The position numbers and the translations under genes were made by a program. Source: a virus (Duplodnaviria > Caudoviricetes). Taken from it: a stretch of DNA of 30,427 nt. Shown here piece after piece: positions 1 through 8,533 of the stretch (position 1 is the stretch's first letter; every line of letters begins with the position of its first letter). The notes under the pieces were generated by a model. The model was not told where the DNA came from. It ran no database searches and was given only the letters and a program-made list of their open reading frames with translations. The DNA lies in IMG/VR virus record IMGVR_UViG_3300018420_000069, positions 1 through 30,427 of that record; one strand, 5' to 3'.

Positions 1-1
1 G

Positions 2-343
2 ATGAAGGCGCAGGCAGAGATGACACGCGCCCAGATCGAGCAGGCCAAGCTCCAGAATGAGCAGATGAAGCTCCAGATCGAAGCTCAGAAGCTACAGGCT
101 CAGACAATGGGTGATCAGGCTGACAATCAGGTTGACGCATTCAACGCTGAGACTAAGCGCATGGAAACCCAGATCAAGGCCCAGCAGGCCAACGCAACCA
201 TTGACCACACGCAGATCAAGTCTTTCGGCGATCAGCTAGACAACCAGCAGAAGATGTCCGACATGATGGATGAGCAGCGCCGCAAGGCTCAGATGGCTGC
301 AATGTCCAACGCTGAGCTGATGAGGATTGCAAACGGTGGCTAA
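2..343 (+). CDS. Portal protein, C-terminal part (5'-truncated), P22-like coiled-coil barrel
   Basis: Q/A/E/M-rich coiled-coil with 'VDAFNAETKRM', typical of P22-like portal C-termini; lies upstream of scaffold and coat. Confidence 0.75.
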   Translation: MKAQAEMTRAQIEQAKLQNEQMKLQIEAQKLQAQTMGDQADNQVDAFNAETKRMETQIKAQQANATIDHTQIKSFGDQLDNQQKMSDMMDEQRRKAQMAAMSNAELMRIANGG

Positions 344-2369
344 GACCGATCAACAGCTCGCTCAGGAAGAGCTTGCCAGACAAGGCATAGACTACAAATA
401 CGGCGGAGATAATCTCTTTGGCGCATTCATGCCAGAGCGCAGGCGTATCTTGCGTCCTGAGCAAGAGCAGTTTGTTGGCTACGACAGCTCTGGTAACGCC
501 ATAATCCAGAACATCCCAGCAGAGTACGGGCCAAGCGAGGTTGATCCTTCATTTGCTCCCATTGTGCGCGGAGTTAAGAGAGGTTTGTCGTTCCTAAATG
601 ATGTCTTTCTTGGCGATGCTAACGAGCAAAACGCTGCAATTGGTCGAGCTGCAAGCGCATTGCGCGGTATGGGTGAAGGTATAGCTGACTATGCTGGCGG
701 TCAGGCGCGATCTGCTTTGGCTGGCGGCGTATCGTACAGCCCAGACACGGGACAGGTTGACAGGTTTGATCCTTTGGTTGTTATGGGCGGTGGTGGCGCT
801 CCATCTGGATCGCTGGCTTCTGGACTTGGTAGGTCACGAAGCGCACTAGATACATCGACTGCGGCAAGAATGCAGAGAGCGTTTGAGGACTTTGATTTAC
901 GGCCTGCTTACCATTATACAAATGCTTTAGAAGATGGAGGTGAGTTTACACAACTAAAACCTTCAATAGATGGCAAATATGGGCCGGGCATTTACTCGTC
1001 AAGAAATCCAGAATATGGCGAGAGGTACTTAAAAGGACAAGAAAACGCCAGAGCAATACCCATTTACATAAGAGGCGAAACGGCGCGAAAAGAAGATTGG
1101 TTTGATGCGCTAAACGAAGCAATGAATGAAGCTAAAGACATGAGACAAATGGGCATTGAGATGACAAGCCCAGAAATACGAAGGATGGCGCAAGGCTTAT
1201 TGCAAGACAAAGGTTACGACAATTTAGAATTTGACAATGAAATAGTGGTTTTTGATCCTAAAAATGTTAGGTCAGTAAACGCGCAATTTGATCCAGAACA
1301 AAGAGAAAGCGCAAATATCCTTTACTCAGGTGGCGGCAACACAGGCACAGGCGTAGCTGCTGGCTCTGCTTTGCGGCAGATGAACCCAAACCTAGACCAA
1401 TCCTATGAAGCTAGGATGCAGAGAGCGCAGGAGCAAGGATACAAGCCGGGACTTTATCACGGCGGTGTTACGGATATCAGTGAATTTGATATAAGTCGCG
1501 GAACTCCAGACTCTCATATGGGAGTGGGAGTCTACACAACAACTGGCGTACAAGACGCAAACGTAAATTATGCTGGAGAAGGCCCAGATTTAACTAATCG
1601 TTTGGAAAGAAGAGCAGAAGAGATTATTGATAGCGGAAAACTTTCTGAGGAATGGGCAGAAATTTATCGTAAAAGAGAAGTTGCAACAAGGAGAGATGTT
1701 GGTAAGGCAAGAAATGAAGCAAGATCAGATTTAGAGAATATTGCGAAAGAGATGGCAAGAGAAGAGATGAAAGATAATTTAGGTGTTGTTTACCCATTAA
1801 TGGGCAGGTCAAATAAGCCTTTTGACATTTCTGAAGGCAACGACACCTTTTTGAGATATGAATATCCTGAGCTTGATCCTAAAGATTACTTAGATGAAGC
1901 TGGCGGTGATATTGATTTAGCAAGAGATTTAGCCGGAGAGGCAAGGTATGAATTTGAGCCAGAAGGCGAGCTTGTAGACTTTTTGGAAAGTATTCAGCGT
2001 AGTTTAAGTGATAGAGAATACAGAGAGGTTGCTAGCGGCATAATGGACTCAGCGTATGATGGCGGCATTTCTGGCAAAGAGCTTGAAGATATTTACCGAA
2101 AGGCCGAAATTTACGCAGAGGATGATCTGGGAAGATTGAATCAAATGGAAATTTTCAGGCAAGGTCTTGAAGATGCTGGCTTTGATTCAATAATTCATGA
2201 CGCAAATCGTTTTAATATGCCGAATGTGGAAGGCGAAAAACACCAAATATTTTTCAGAGAAAATCAACTACGCAGCCCAAACGCCGAGTTTGACCCGCAA
2301 AACATTGACAGCGCAGACCTGTTATCAAGCAGGAGCAGGCCGATGTCTGCTTTGCGAGGAATGGCTTAA
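336..2369 (+). CDS. Polyvalent protein with two ADP-ribosyltransferase-like (ART-PolyVal type) domains
   Basis: Two copies of YH..F....G.G.Y.[ST]...GY/FD...vf.p..+RS.NA.FDP (AYHYT/GPGIYSS/GYDNLEFDNEIVVFDPKNVRS and LYHGG/GVGVYTT/GFDSIIH..HQIFFRENQLRS). GTG 336 with GAGG at 322-325 preferred over TTG 327. Confidence 0.7.
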   Translation: MAKTDQQLAQEELARQGIDYKYGGDNLFGAFMPERRRILRPEQEQFVGYDSSGNAIIQNIPAEYGPSEVDPSFAPIVRGVKRGLSFLNDVFLGDANEQNAAIGRAASALRGMGEGIADYAGGQARSALAGGVSYSPDTGQVDRFDPLVVMGGGGAPSGSLASGLGRSRSALDTSTAARMQRAFEDFDLRPAYHYTNALEDGGEFTQLKPSIDGKYGPGIYSSRNPEYGERYLKGQENARAIPIYIRGETARKEDWFDALNEAMNEAKDMRQMGIEMTSPEIRRMAQGLLQDKGYDNLEFDNEIVVFDPKNVRSVNAQFDPEQRESANILYSGGGNTGTGVAAGSALRQMNPNLDQSYEARMQRAQEQGYKPGLYHGGVTDISEFDISRGTPDSHMGVGVYTTTGVQDANVNYAGEGPDLTNRLERRAEEIIDSGKLSEEWAEIYRKREVATRRDVGKARNEARSDLENIAKEMAREEMKDNLGVVYPLMGRSNKPFDISEGNDTFLRYEYPELDPKDYLDEAGGDIDLARDLAGEARYEFEPEGELVDFLESIQRSLSDREYREVASGIMDSAYDGGISGKELEDIYRKAEIYAEDDLGRLNQMEIFRQGLEDAGFDSIIHDANRFNMPNVEGEKHQIFFRENQLRSPNAEFDPQNIDSADLLSSRSRPMSALRGMA

Positions 2370-2374
2370 AGAAA

Positions 2375-2405
2375 TTGCTTGCAAAACCACAATATGTGGT
2401 ATAGT
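2375..2405 (+). promoter_or_regulatory. Putative extended -10 promoter for head genes, overlapped by an inverted repeat
   Basis: TGG-TATAGT at 2397-2405; TTGCTT/TTGCAA upstream at non-optimal spacing; inverted repeat ACCACA-ATA-TGTGGT at 2386-2400. Confidence 0.5.
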
Positions 2406-2483
2406 TAGGCTACAGCGAACTCCACGCTTTTATGGAGGTGCGGAACGTCACCGTTTATTTGACGGCATTTACATAGGTATAAG

Positions 2484-3287
2484 ATGGAACCAGAAGATAC
2501 GCTCGATGAGGCTGAAGAGCTTGAAGAGGTTGAAACTGAAGGTCAGGAAACTGACTCCGAGTCATCACCGGATACTGCTGAGGAGCAGGAAGAATCCACT
2601 AGGCCGCGCTTTGACGAGGTGCAGCAGAAGGCTTTTGACAAAGCTATAGGTGAAAAGGTCTACCAGATCAAGGAACGAGATCGGGAAGTCCAAAGCCTAC
2701 AAGCTAAGTTGCAAGAGCTGGAAAGCCGCATCCCGGTGGAGCAACCGCCGCAAGTGCCTGAAACGCCTGACTTTTATTCGCTAACGGATCGAGAGATTCA
2801 GGAGCGACTGAGGCAGCGTGATGAGGCAATAGCTAAGCGAGCACAGTATGACGCACAGCAGGCAGCTTTGTTGCAGCAGCAGCAAGCCCAGCAGCAGGCG
2901 TTACAGCGCGAGCAGGTAGCTAGGCAGAACGAAAAGATCAAGAGCTACGCAGACCGAGCTGAGAAGCTGGGTGTGAAGAAGGATGATCTTCAGGTAGCAG
3001 CGAACAAGATTGCTCAGTTTGGGCTAAGCCCGATGCTGGCAGACCATCTTCTTGAATTAGACGATGGAAGTCTTGGTACGTTGTATCTTGGCGATAATCT
3101 TTTGGAGCTTGATAAGTTGGCACAAATGCCGGTGAATCAGGCGTTGTTGTATCTTAATGATCAAGTGATGCCGAATGCTAGAAAACTTAAACCTAAAGTA
3201 AATGCTGCTCCTGAGCCGCTAGATACGCCGCATGGTTCCGGTTCAAGACCGAAAGCTGGCGGCCCGAAAGGAGCAACCTTCGAATGA
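2484..3287 (+). CDS. Capsid scaffolding protein
   Basis: Acidic N-terminus, coiled-coil middle and P/G/K-rich C-terminal tail; directly upstream of the coat gene. Confidence 0.8.
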   Translation: MEPEDTLDEAEELEEVETEGQETDSESSPDTAEEQEESTRPRFDEVQQKAFDKAIGEKVYQIKERDREVQSLQAKLQELESRIPVEQPPQVPETPDFYSLTDREIQERLRQRDEAIAKRAQYDAQQAALLQQQQAQQQALQREQVARQNEKIKSYADRAEKLGVKKDDLQVAANKIAQFGLSPMLADHLLELDDGSLGTLYLGDNLLELDKLAQMPVNQALLYLNDQVMPNARKLKPKVNAAPEPLDTPHGSGSRPKAGGPKGATFE

Positions 3288-3303
3288 ATGAGGTGATCCG
3301 ATC

Positions 3304-4572
3304 ATGGCTAATAATCTTAGCAGTAATATCACTCGGAAGGTCGCGCGTGTCTTTTTGGAGGCATTCGAGTCCAGCCGAGTAGTTACAAAGACAGTTGACA
3401 CTCAACTCCTGAGTGGCAAATTCAATCCTTCAAGTGGTAGCAATGTAGACTTCAAACGTCCGCACGACTACAACTCCATCCGTACTTCTGGCGGTGATAT
3501 CTCTGCCAGCACTAAGTCAGACATCATTGCAGGTAAGGCAACTGGTACAGTCCAGAACTACTTCACCGTAGCGACCGAATGGGGCAACGTGGAAGAGGCT
3601 CTGGAGCTTGATCAGTTGGAGCAGATTCTTGCTCCTATGGCTCGCCGCATCGTGACTGACCTTGAGATTGATCTTGCTAGCTATATGCTCAAGAACTCTT
3701 CTCTGAAGTATGGTTCGCACGGTAATGCCGTTGATGCTTGGGGTGACGTAGCTGGCGCTGGCGCACTGATGGATTCCATCGGCGTTCCAATGTCTGCCGA
3801 GCGTTACTACTTGATGAATCCTTTCACCACTAGCGCACTTGCTAACGTGCAGAACGGCCTGAATGCTGCTGACCAACTAGTACGCACGGCTTGGGAGAAA
3901 GCTCAGATTTCACAGAACTTTGGTGGTATGCGAGCGCTTACTTCTAATGCTCTGGCTAGTTTTACTTCTGGCACTGGCGCTGACCGTGCAGGTACTCTGG
4001 CTTCAACTCCAGATGCTACCTACGTCACAGCTAAGGACACTATGACGCAAAACCTTGCCGTAACAGGCTTCCAAGCGTCTATGACTGTCAAAGCTGGCGA
4101 TTTGGTCACGATTGATGGTGTAAATCGTTTGAACCTTGATACTCGTCAGGCAATGATTGACGCATCTGGTGCAAACGTACTGTGGACAGGCGTTGTTACT
4201 GCTGACGTTACTCTGGACGGCTCTGGTGCTGGCACACTTGTTGTTGCAGGCCCAGCTATCCAAGAGGCTAACGGTCAGTACAACACCGTAGACACTGCAC
4301 CGACATCTGGTGATGTAATTAACATCCTTAGCGCTTCAAACACTCTGTATCAGCCAAACCTGTTCTTCACTAAGCAGGCTTTCGGACTTGGTACTGTGAA
4401 GCTGCCTAAGCTGTACTCTACTGACACTATTGCGACTACCGAGGACGGTATGAGCATCCGTGTTTCTAAGTACGCAGATGGTGATGCCAACACTCAGAAA
4501 GTACGTTTTGACTTGTTGCCTGCATACGCAACATTCAATCCGTTCATGTCTGGTCAAGGCTTCGGAGTCTAA
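3304..4572 (+). CDS. Major capsid protein, P22 coat (gp5)-like
   Basis: 422 aa; 'MANNL', 'VDFKRPHDY', 'EEALELDQLEQILAPMARRIVTDLE', 'VRFDLLPAYATFNPFMSGQGFG' match P22-type coats; SD GAGGTG upstream. Confidence 0.92.
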   Translation: MANNLSSNITRKVARVFLEAFESSRVVTKTVDTQLLSGKFNPSSGSNVDFKRPHDYNSIRTSGGDISASTKSDIIAGKATGTVQNYFTVATEWGNVEEALELDQLEQILAPMARRIVTDLEIDLASYMLKNSSLKYGSHGNAVDAWGDVAGAGALMDSIGVPMSAERYYLMNPFTTSALANVQNGLNAADQLVRTAWEKAQISQNFGGMRALTSNALASFTSGTGADRAGTLASTPDATYVTAKDTMTQNLAVTGFQASMTVKAGDLVTIDGVNRLNLDTRQAMIDASGANVLWTGVVTADVTLDGSGAGTLVVAGPAIQEANGQYNTVDTAPTSGDVINILSASNTLYQPNLFFTKQAFGLGTVKLPKLYSTDTIATTEDGMSIRVSKYADGDANTQKVRFDLLPAYATFNPFMSGQGFGV

Positions 4573-4587
4573 TTCCCACGAGGTCTT

Positions 4588-4623
4588 CGGGAGCTGCTTT
4601 GGTAGTCGGCTCCCGTTTTTTTT
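4588..4623 (+). terminator. Rho-independent terminator after the coat gene
   Basis: Stem CGGGAGCTG/CGGCTCCCG (4588-4596/4607-4615) followed by T8 (4616-4623). Confidence 0.85.
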
Positions 4624-4908
4624 ATGGCTAAACCCAGAAAAGGTAAAGCTAAAGTCAAGGTCACCGCCAGCGGTAAGAAAGTCTCCTACGGGCAGGCTGG
4701 AAAAGCCGCTGACGGTGGGCCTCGTGTTAGGCCCGGAACTAGCAAAGGCGATTCGTATTGTGCGAGATCGCTGGGAATCAAGAAGCGATTATCCAAAGAA
4801 AAGCAGAACGATCCGAACACTCCTAACAACCTAAGTCGTAAGCGCTGGAAGTGCAAAGGCGCTAAGTCGATGAAAGGCAGAGCCGCAAAAGGTGCGAAAT
4901 ATGAATAG
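4624..4908 (+). CDS. Small highly basic phage protein (DUF6321-like, SYCARS...RWKC)
   Basis: K/R-rich; 'KKVSYGQAG', 'SYCARS', 'NDPNTPNNLSRKRWKC' resemble a widespread small aquatic-phage family. Confidence 0.7.
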   Translation: MAKPRKGKAKVKVTASGKKVSYGQAGKAADGGPRVRPGTSKGDSYCARSLGIKKRLSKEKQNDPNTPNNLSRKRWKCKGAKSMKGRAAKGAKYE

Positions 4909-5083
4909 GCAAAAAGGACTCTGGGACAACATCCACGCAAAACGTAAGCGCATCAAAAGACAAAAGTCTGAAGGCAGAACGCCCGAGAGAATGAGAAGTC
5001 CCGGCGATGCAGGCGCACCGACTGCTGAGGCTCTGAAACGATCACAAAAGCGTAGAGGCCCACAAGGAGCGACATACGAATAA
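4901..5083 (+). CDS. Small basic phage protein (GLWDNIHAKRKR family)
   Basis: ATG 4901 overlaps the previous gene end; 'GLWDNIHAKRKRIK...MRSPG..GAPT' motif recurs in aquatic phages; stop overlaps the next ATG. Confidence 0.7.
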   Translation: MNRQKGLWDNIHAKRKRIKRQKSEGRTPERMRSPGDAGAPTAEALKRSQKRRGPQGATYE

Positions 5084-5565
5084 TGGCTACTGTCGCACAG
5101 GTTGCAAAAGCATCCTTACAAAGAATATTAGTACAGGCCAGCGAAGCACCGCTAGAGCCTGATGAATATAATGACTTCATCTTTGCGATGAATAACTACA
5201 TGACCGAGCTAGACGCTCAAGGTGTGTCTTTAGGATATACCGAGGTATCTGACTTAGGTGATGAGGTAACAATTCCCACAGGCGCTCTGAGAGGCTTGAT
5301 TGCCAATATGGCGATAGAGGTTGCGCCTGACTACAACGGCGTGATCTCTCAAGGTCTGGTCAAGGCTGCACGGGATGGATTTAACACAATGCGGTTGATC
5401 GGGCAGACAATGGGAGAGACCAAGAATCCTTCTACGTTGCCTATTGGTTCCGGAAATGAAGATATGCTGTATGGCTTTCCCGGTCATTTTTATCCAGACG
5501 AGGAAGCTGTCATTCTGGCAGAGACTACAGGCGCAATAGGTTTGGAGCTGAATACAAATGGTTGA
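5083..5565 (+). CDS. Head-to-tail adaptor, P22 gp4-like (packaged DNA stabilization)
   Basis: 'AKASLQRILV', 'LEPDEYNDFIFAMNNYM', 'GVSLGY', 'NMAIEVAPDY', 'PSTLPIGSGN' are gp4-family motifs. Confidence 0.85.
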   Translation: MATVAQVAKASLQRILVQASEAPLEPDEYNDFIFAMNNYMTELDAQGVSLGYTEVSDLGDEVTIPTGALRGLIANMAIEVAPDYNGVISQGLVKAARDGFNTMRLIGQTMGETKNPSTLPIGSGNEDMLYGFPGHFYPDEEAVILAETTGAIGLELNTNG

Positions 5566-6403
5566 TAGAGCGCAAGGCCGTAAAAAGTCCGATTTTGTAG
5601 CTAAGAGCGCGGTAGATGCTGGCGCTTATATGGACTACTTTGTAAACGGCACAAACTACAAGATTACTTATGATAATTTTGTTGGCGGTCTAGGCGTTAC
5701 GGGAAGTATCGTAACAACTGGATCAGGAACTGGTACTCCTGTTCTTGAGATTGACGGCACAACCAACAAGATTAGAAACATCAGCAATGGCGCTGGAATC
5801 ATATCCAGTATTGATGCTTATAACGGGGTTGAGTTAGCTCATAATTTTACAGTTGATGCTGTTGGTCAGCCGTTGATGCAGAACACTACATCAGCAAGTC
5901 CTACGTTTGTCAGTTTGGTTGCTGGCGCGGGAATCTCGATCAATACAACAGGCACACAGATAAATATTGCCTCTACTGCTACAGCTAAATACGCCAATGT
6001 CACGATGCAAGGAAACACCACTCCTACGACTATTGCTGTTGCGGGAACTCCCGTAAAAGTAGCTGGAACTTTTGTTGTCGGTGATATCAACGGATTTACT
6101 GCCGATACTACAGGAAAAATTACAGAGCTTGAGGCAGGAACTAGCAGGCACGTTATTAACGCAATAATTTCGATGACGGCAGCAAGTGGCACGAATCATC
6201 AGTGTTCTATTTACATTGCTAAAAATGGAGCAGTAATTGGTATCACTAGAATGACGAACACCATAAGCGCTGGTTTGTCTCGCTCGATGGCTACGTTTGT
6301 AAACATAGAGCTAACCACAAATGATTACATTGAGTTGTTTGTTTCAAATGATTCAACAACAGATGATTTAACAGTTTCCAGAGCGGTGCTAGGTATTCTG
6401 TAA
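5558..6403 (+). CDS. Virion structural protein, beta-rich, possible C1q/TNF-like C-terminal domain
   Basis: T/G/A-rich; C-terminal 'IYIAKNG...VNIELTTNDYIELFV' resembles trimeric jelly-roll tips; located between gp4-like and gp10-like genes. Confidence 0.5.
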   Translation: MVDRAQGRKKSDFVAKSAVDAGAYMDYFVNGTNYKITYDNFVGGLGVTGSIVTTGSGTGTPVLEIDGTTNKIRNISNGAGIISSIDAYNGVELAHNFTVDAVGQPLMQNTTSASPTFVSLVAGAGISINTTGTQINIASTATAKYANVTMQGNTTPTTIAVAGTPVKVAGTFVVGDINGFTADTTGKITELEAGTSRHVINAIISMTAASGTNHQCSIYIAKNGAVIGITRMTNTISAGLSRSMATFVNIELTTNDYIELFVSNDSTTDDLTVSRAVLGIL

Positions 6404-7824
6404 TGCCAAAGGTTGTTCTGCCAATAGCTAACGGATTCTATGAGAGTGATTCTCTGCCTATATCGGCTCAGGAATGCACTAACTTTTATCCGAACATAGC
6501 TCAGGCTCCTGCGTTAAATCAGGAGACTCTGTTTGGTACGCCCGGACTTGTGCAAGTTGCTTTTGCGGATGCTTTGAACAATAACCGAGGCGCGCACGAG
6601 ATGAATGGTGTGCCTTACTTTGTTATGGGTAATTCGCTATACAGTATGGCCGCTAATTATACCTTGTCTAATCTTGGAACTATTAGCGGTACTGGCAGAG
6701 TGTCGATGGCAGACAATGGCACTCAGATGCTTATTTTAGATCCGGGCGGTGACGGGTTTGTCTACAATCATGTTACAGCTACTCTGACGCAGATTACTGA
6801 TCCTGACTTCACGGCAAACGGTAATCCACAGATTGTTGTCTACATTGATGGTTATTTTTGTCTAACTACGGATTCCAAGAAGTTTATTGTAAGTGCCTTA
6901 AATGATGGTCTGTCTTATAACGCGCTAGACTTTGGGACTGCTGAGTCTGATCCAGATGAGATTGTCGCTCCGGTTGTTTTTAAGAACCAGCTATTTATCG
7001 GCGGTTCGCAGACGATAGAAGCATTTCAAAACATTGGCGGCGCTGACTTCCCGTTTCAGCGTACAGGACTGTTTTTAAGCAAAGGTATCGCTAGTCCGTT
7101 CAGCATTCAGTCTATGCTAGATACGTTTGTGTTTGTTGGTTCTGGTCAGAACGAGAGTCCTGCGATATGGGCTCTAACTGGAAATAGCGTTACAAAGATA
7201 TCAACTACCGCCATAGACAAAGAGCTAAACAAGCTAACGGAAGGACAGATAGCGGATATCTATAGCTGGGCATACGCGCAAAAAGGTGCGTATTTTGTAG
7301 GTTTTGCGCTGCCGGGAACTACCTTTGTGTACGATACGATAAGTAAGCGCTGGCATGAAAGGAAGTCTTTTATTGATGGCTCTTTGGGCGCTTACCGAGT
7401 TACGAGTCTTGTCCGAGCATACAATCAGACTTGGGCCGGTGATCTTGCTGATGGCAGGATTGGCAGGTTAGATCAGGAAGTTTACAAAGAATACGAAAAC
7501 GTCATACAGAGAACTATTGTTACTCAGCCTTTTCAGCAAAATATGGATTCATTTGTAGTACCAGAGATAGAAATGACAGTAGAGTCTGGTGTAGGAAACG
7601 CTGAAACAATTGATCCGCAGATAGGCATGGCTAGAAGCAAGAATGGAAAAACTTGGGCTGATACTAGGTATAGAAATCTAGGCAAGATTGGCGAGTTTAA
7701 TCATCGTGCAATTTGGCGCAGGAACGGGCGCGCAGCCCGATTTGAGCTGTTTAGGTTTACAATGAGCGATCCTGTCAAGCCAGTGTTGATACAACTGACT
7801 GCTGAGATTGAAGCGGTCGCATGA
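6403..7824 (+). CDS. Tail hub / packaged DNA stabilization protein, P22 gp10-like
   Basis: 473 aa; 'ISGTGRVSMADNG', 'YIDGYF', 'TAESDPDEIV', 'ISTTAID', 'TFVYD...WHER', 'WRRNGRA'. Confidence 0.88.
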   Translation: MPKVVLPIANGFYESDSLPISAQECTNFYPNIAQAPALNQETLFGTPGLVQVAFADALNNNRGAHEMNGVPYFVMGNSLYSMAANYTLSNLGTISGTGRVSMADNGTQMLILDPGGDGFVYNHVTATLTQITDPDFTANGNPQIVVYIDGYFCLTTDSKKFIVSALNDGLSYNALDFGTAESDPDEIVAPVVFKNQLFIGGSQTIEAFQNIGGADFPFQRTGLFLSKGIASPFSIQSMLDTFVFVGSGQNESPAIWALTGNSVTKISTTAIDKELNKLTEGQIADIYSWAYAQKGAYFVGFALPGTTFVYDTISKRWHERKSFIDGSLGAYRVTSLVRAYNQTWAGDLADGRIGRLDQEVYKEYENVIQRTIVTQPFQQNMDSFVVPEIEMTVESGVGNAETIDPQIGMARSKNGKTWADTRYRNLGKIGEFNHRAIWRRNGRAARFELFRFTMSDPVKPVLIQLTAEIEAVA

Positions 7825-8072
7825 CGTACAAACTAAACGTAGCTCAGCCGATAGTAGAAGGTGATGGCACTATGGCTCAGGCGTTTCGCCAGTACACGCA
7901 AGAGGTAGCTTTGAGCATACCTATTATTGGTATTGGTAGTCCTGAAGGCGTTGTAGAGGCAAGACAGTACAGTTTATATATTGATGAAACTGGCACAACT
8001 GGATCGTTGCAGTATCGAAAGATGCAGCCCAGTATTGCTGGAGACAGAACTAGAGGATGGGTTGCGGTTTGA
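7821..8072 (+). CDS. Small tail-associated hypothetical protein
   Basis: Coupled ATGA overlap; 'GSPEGVVEA..SLYID' motif; occupies the position of P22 gp26. Confidence 0.6.
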   Translation: MTYKLNVAQPIVEGDGTMAQAFRQYTQEVALSIPIIGIGSPEGVVEARQYSLYIDETGTTGSLQYRKMQPSIAGDRTRGWVAV

Positions 8073-8533
8073 TTGAAAGAACGTCTGATGAAAAGTTTAT
8101 TAGTGACTTTGTTTTGAAAAGCGAAGTATTTGATGAAATATCTGAGGACAACTTTTCAAGAGATGAATGGCAACCTGACATGAATAGCGGTTGGTTTGTT
8201 CATAAAGAAGATGATGAAGTTTGTGGTTTGTGGTTGGCTGAGCTGAGGAACGGAACGACACTAGAGATACATCCAATCGTTCCAAAGAAGCACAGAGGCA
8301 AAAAAGCCTACAAAGGTGCAAAAGAGTTTTTTAGTTGGATAACCAAAAACACAACTTACAAAAAGGTAAACGCTGAGATAGCGACTTGCTATCCGAATGC
8401 TAAATTGTTTGCTATGCAATGTGGAATGAAGGTAGAAGGCAAGATACGCGCTTCATTTCAGAAAAACGGTAAGCTGCACGATCAATGGATGTTGGGTATA
8501 ACCCGCGAAGAATTAGAGGCTCGATATGACTAA
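8057..8533 (+). CDS. GNAT-fold acetyltransferase-like protein (P22 gp14/DUF2824-like)
   Basis: 'LEIHPIVPKKHRGK', 'GMKVEGKIRASFQKNGKLHDQWMLGITREE'; syntenic with ejection genes; start may be TTG 8069. Confidence 0.75.
   Translation: MGCGLIERTSDEKFISDFVLKSEVFDEISEDNFSRDEWQPDMNSGWFVHKEDDEVCGLWLAELRNGTTLEIHPIVPKKHRGKKAYKGAKEFFSWITKNTTYKKVNAEIATCYPNAKLFAMQCGMKVEGKIRASFQKNGKLHDQWMLGITREELEARYD

Noticed and set aside
2197-2649. 150-aa ORF bridging the ART gene and the scaffold
   Set aside because: It overlaps two real genes out of frame and covers a promoter/leader region; it has no motifs.
4460-4834. Alternative-frame ORF spanning the coat end, suggesting a frameshifted capsid extension
   Set aside because: No slippery sequence is evident near the coat stop, the translation has no recognisable domain, and it runs through the terminator and a better gene.
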